NCBI GenBank assembly: GCA_964019335.1
Contig: OZ025673.1
Span: forward strand, 434,001-498,000
Origin: Diplonema japonicum
Taxonomy: Eukaryota; Protista; Euglenozoa: Diplonemea
Direction: 5' to 3'
Length of the DNA: 64,000 nucleotides
This document shows, piece after piece, positions 60,915 to 64,000 of the stretch (positions are counted from its first letter, which is position 1; the number at the start of each line of letters is the position of its first letter). The notes under the pieces were generated by a model that was not told the origin of the DNA, ran no database searches, and worked only from the letters and a program-made list of their open reading frames with translations. The position numbers and the translations under genes are program-made.

Positions 60915-61946
60915 CTACAAGTGTCCCAGAATGGGCGACGACTCAATAGTGTTGCGGTAAACACCATCAAGACAAGAGAACACAGGCCGGAGCATGCGGT
61001 AGAGAGAGGCGAGGAACGCGAGATCGGAGGGCTTGTCGGAGGTAAGTGGCCAGGGCCCCACGTCACGCTTGTTGTAAATTATCATCTGCGCTGTATTAAG
61101 CGCAAGACGGATAGGACAGGACGGGAAAGGCTCAGGCTCCACAAGGTAAGGGGGCTTAAACGAGGGATCGGAAAACCCCAAAGCAAGCGCCACCCTAGGG
61201 TGCGAAGCACAAGCCGTAGACGACGACCCCCAATGGTACACACGGTGGGAAAACACCACAAAATCCCCCGCGTCCATAGGCAGCGCCACTATATCTTGAA
61301 ACGACTCGTTAGTTGTGAATAATTCCTCAGCTGACTCAGATTTACCAGACCGATACTTGGCATCCTTGCAAGCTGGCAACATGTACAAACAAGAGTTGAA
61401 GGCGTCGACATCAGACAGTGCTATCCAACAGGATACCACCCTTGGGAGGTCCTGATCGGTAGCGCACCATGACTCTGGCGGGCAATGAGGAAAGTCTCGA
61501 TGTGGAGGCATACCCGCCTCTGACGGTGGGCTCACGTGATATCCTAGGAAATCGAAATTAAACGATTTACCACTGTCACCTGTTGTTTCATTGATAAGTT
61601 CGCGAAGCTTGTAAGGCAGCCCCCAGGCCTCATCGTACATTGTGATGAAGGTGGCCTGCCACCCGTGGAGCAGTAGTTGTTTTACTCCTTCTTCAAGAAG
61701 TTGTATGTCGAACCCCCAGTCGGTGCCTCTCACTATGTAAAACCCATCGCGTCTCATGCGCTCTTTTCGTTCTTCCACTTCCTCTGCTTCTAGAGGGCCT
61801 GTGTCATATATTTCGTACATTGTTTCCCCCTCAACTGAGAGCCATGGGCAGAGGCTTCTCCAATATTCACAGTCCTGCAGACACCTTGTTTGCTGTAGTT
61901 CCCTCATGAGAGCGGGATTGAGTTCTGCTTTGGCTTTTGGTGACAT
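60915..61946 (-). CDS. PhyH-family Fe(II)/2-oxoglutarate dioxygenase
   Basis: PPHRD (HxD), VSCWIALSD, CLYMLP, GDFVVFSHRVYHWGS, distal R. Confidence 0.88.
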   Translation of the reverse strand: MSPKAKAELNPALMRELQQTRCLQDCEYWRSLCPWLSVEGETMYEIYDTGPLEAEEVEERKERMRRDGFYIVRGTDWGFDIQLLEEGVKQLLLHGWQATFITMYDEAWGLPYKLRELINETTGDSGKSFNFDFLGYHVSPPSEAGMPPHRDFPHCPPESWCATDQDLPRVVSCWIALSDVDAFNSCLYMLPACKDAKYRSGKSESAEELFTTNESFQDIVALPMDAGDFVVFSHRVYHWGSSSTACASHPRVALALGFSDPSFKPPYLVEPEPFPSCPIRLALNTAQMIIYNKRDVGPWPLTSDKPSDLAFLASLYRMLRPVFSCLDGVYRNTIESSPILGHL

Positions 61947-62283
61947 TGTTTGTTTGGTTGCTGTTTTTTTTTTTTTTTTTTTTGATGGAAGCAGGGTGGG
62001 GGGGGGGGGGTTTCAAGAAAACTTTTTGAATGGTTTTTTTTTTTTTTTTTTTTTTTCTTTCCCTCCCCCCTTTTTTTTTTCTTCTTCTTCTTCTGTCTGT
62101 TCAATTGGCATTGGGCCCATACGCTCTGTTTTTATTTTTTTTATTTATTTTTTTTTTTGATATTTGTTTGTTTGTTTTGACTTTTTTCTTTTTTTCCTGT
62201 TTTTTTTTTTTTTTTTTTTTTGATAAGCTAATCAAAGAAACGGAAATTTTTTGATTGAGAACAGAAAAATAATAAACAAGCTT

Positions 62284-62335
<52 letters not shown>

Positions 62336-62715
62336 ATCCCGAGAAAAGGATAGAAAAAGAATTCGGTCGAGCGAAAAATTCACAAGCCACTTCCTTTCTT
62401 CAAAATAAATCTGATTCCTTTTCTCTCTCTTTTTTCTTTTGATGGACTTCTTCATTGATCCCACCCTTGTATATCAGGGAGTGAAGTGCAAAAAAAAAAG
62501 CGTTTTTTTTTTTTTTTTTTTTTTTTTCGTACGTACCTTGCTTCTTTTCCTTCCTTCGCATTCATTTTCACTGTCCTTTTGTTTTGTTTCTCACTTTCAC
62601 GTTTTTTTCTTCTTTTTTCTCCTTCTTGGTCTTTGTTTCTTCTACCAATTTTTTTTTTTTTTTTTTGCGGTTTGCCTTTGCCCCCCTTTCGATTTTTTTC
62701 TTCTTTTTTCTTCAT

Positions 62716-63545
62716 TTAAATATGGCTCCACTCGCATTCTCCTCCCTTTGAACACCCACCTCGTTGATGGTACTTGCATTGCACCTCTCCCTTGGGCGGA
62801 AGGTTCACAGGGACCTGCACCGGGGCTCTATCATGCTGAGGAGAGAAAAAAATTTTTCTTTTTAATTTTTTTCAAAAAGATATCATACCCCCTGGTACCC
62901 TGGGTGGCTCCACTCGCAGGTCATACCCTTGTCGCACTGGCCGCTAGCGTAGTACTTACACACAACCTGGTCTTTTGGGATCTTTCCGTTCTGGCCGACC
63001 ATCATGTTTGTAGCCGGTGTCATCGGCACCATGGGTGTCATGGCCCCCATACCACTCACGTTCATGCCGGCCATGGGGAGCCCTCCCGCAGCAGGCATTT
63101 GGAGGTTCTGCATGGGATTGACTGCAAGGCCTGGGGCGATCAGCTGCGCGAGGTTAGCCACCTGTAGAAAAATTTAACTCCCCCACCCTGCCCCCCTGCA
63201 GCATACGTAATCAGCAAGATTGGTCTGGCCCTCTGGGGTGTGGCTGTACTCACAGTTTGCGCCCTTGGCGCACCGGCCAACAGCTGCGTATTTGCAGATC
63301 TGTTGGCCTTTCCCACCAAGACCCTTTCCGCCTTTGTTGCCCTTGCTGCCTTTTCCTTTTCCGCCGGCGACCCTGCCCTTACCGCCGGTTGGGTTAGTAG
63401 CAGGGGTCACGTGCATCCACACACAGTCGTCCCCCTTATCACAGGAGCCCTGTGCGTAAAACTTGCAAGGCGTTTGGTCCTTCGGTGCCTGCACCTTGGA
63501 CCTCCCACGGTTGCCTTTTCCGTACGGTGCAAAACGCTCACTCAT
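62716..63545 (-). CDS. Four-finger CCCH zinc-finger RNA-binding protein (~243 aa)
   Basis: Four C-X7-C-X5-C-X3-H fingers after removing introns 63162-63206 and 62836-62888; GK-rich linker. Confidence 0.88.
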
Positions 63546-64000
63546 TTTTTTTAAAATTTATTTCCCCTTTGCGTTCGTTCCTTTTCTTATCTTCTTGCAG
63601 GCAGTAAGGAACGAAGAAAAATAAAAGAAAAAAAAGAACAAAGGCAGAAGGAGGGGGGGGGGGGGGGGGGGAGAGGGAAGGAATCGGGGAAAGGGGGGGG
63701 GGGGGTGCAGGGAAGCAACGAGGAGTAAAATAGCAAAAAAAGAGGGAGGGGTAGTGGAGCAAGGGCAATAGAGGTTTTGCAGGTGTCTGGTCCCCCCCCC
63801 CCCCCCCCCCCCCTTTGCTGCGTAATCACGTTTCAATGGTTTTTTTTTTTGTTTCTTCTTCTTTTTTTTTCCGCTGTGCTCATAGCCACGGGGGATGGGA
63901 AGGAGGTGGGATGAGCCGCTTCCCTTTTAGATCAATCTTCTCTCTCACTCTCAAGATTCCCTCCTGGAACTTTTTTGTGTATGAAAATAAAAAAATGGAA

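Overview
Eukaryotic nuclear DNA. About 26 protein-coding genes plus one truncated retroelement lie head-to-tail, all on the minus strand across 64 kb. They are separated by short spacers full of poly(A)/poly(T)/poly(G)/poly(C) runs and are split by about 33 GT-AG introns reconstructed by eye (mostly 34-65 nt, donor GTATG). One-strand clustering together with many cis-introns suggests a euglenozoan, probably diplonemid-like; this is inference. Recognisable genes: CHCHD2/Mix17-like, MYND/MSS51-like, Canopy/saposin-like, PH/coiled-coil, LicD-family, acylphosphatase, a papain-family protein lacking its catalytic Cys, a ~4700-aa DUF3638/DUF3645-type protein with PDZ/EF-hand/PX domains, peptide deformylase, Vps55, polo-like kinase, two tandem PDZ-SURP-zinc-knuckle genes, a PhyH dioxygenase and a CCCH protein. 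Most notable: (1) three tandem, minimal DEG/ENaC-like two-TM channel genes with a GAC filter motif; (2) a young 5'-truncated non-LTR retroelement sitting between poly(T) tracts, whose 43-nt 3' hairpin recurs alone 2.8 kb away with pairing-preserving changes; (3) a second 44-nt hairpin+poly(T) repeat and fold-back elements; (4) a gene pair nearly identical except for one long intron that keeps short conserved blocks. No tRNA, rRNA, SL-RNA or CRISPR array was recognised. All family calls come from motif recognition; no database searches were run.
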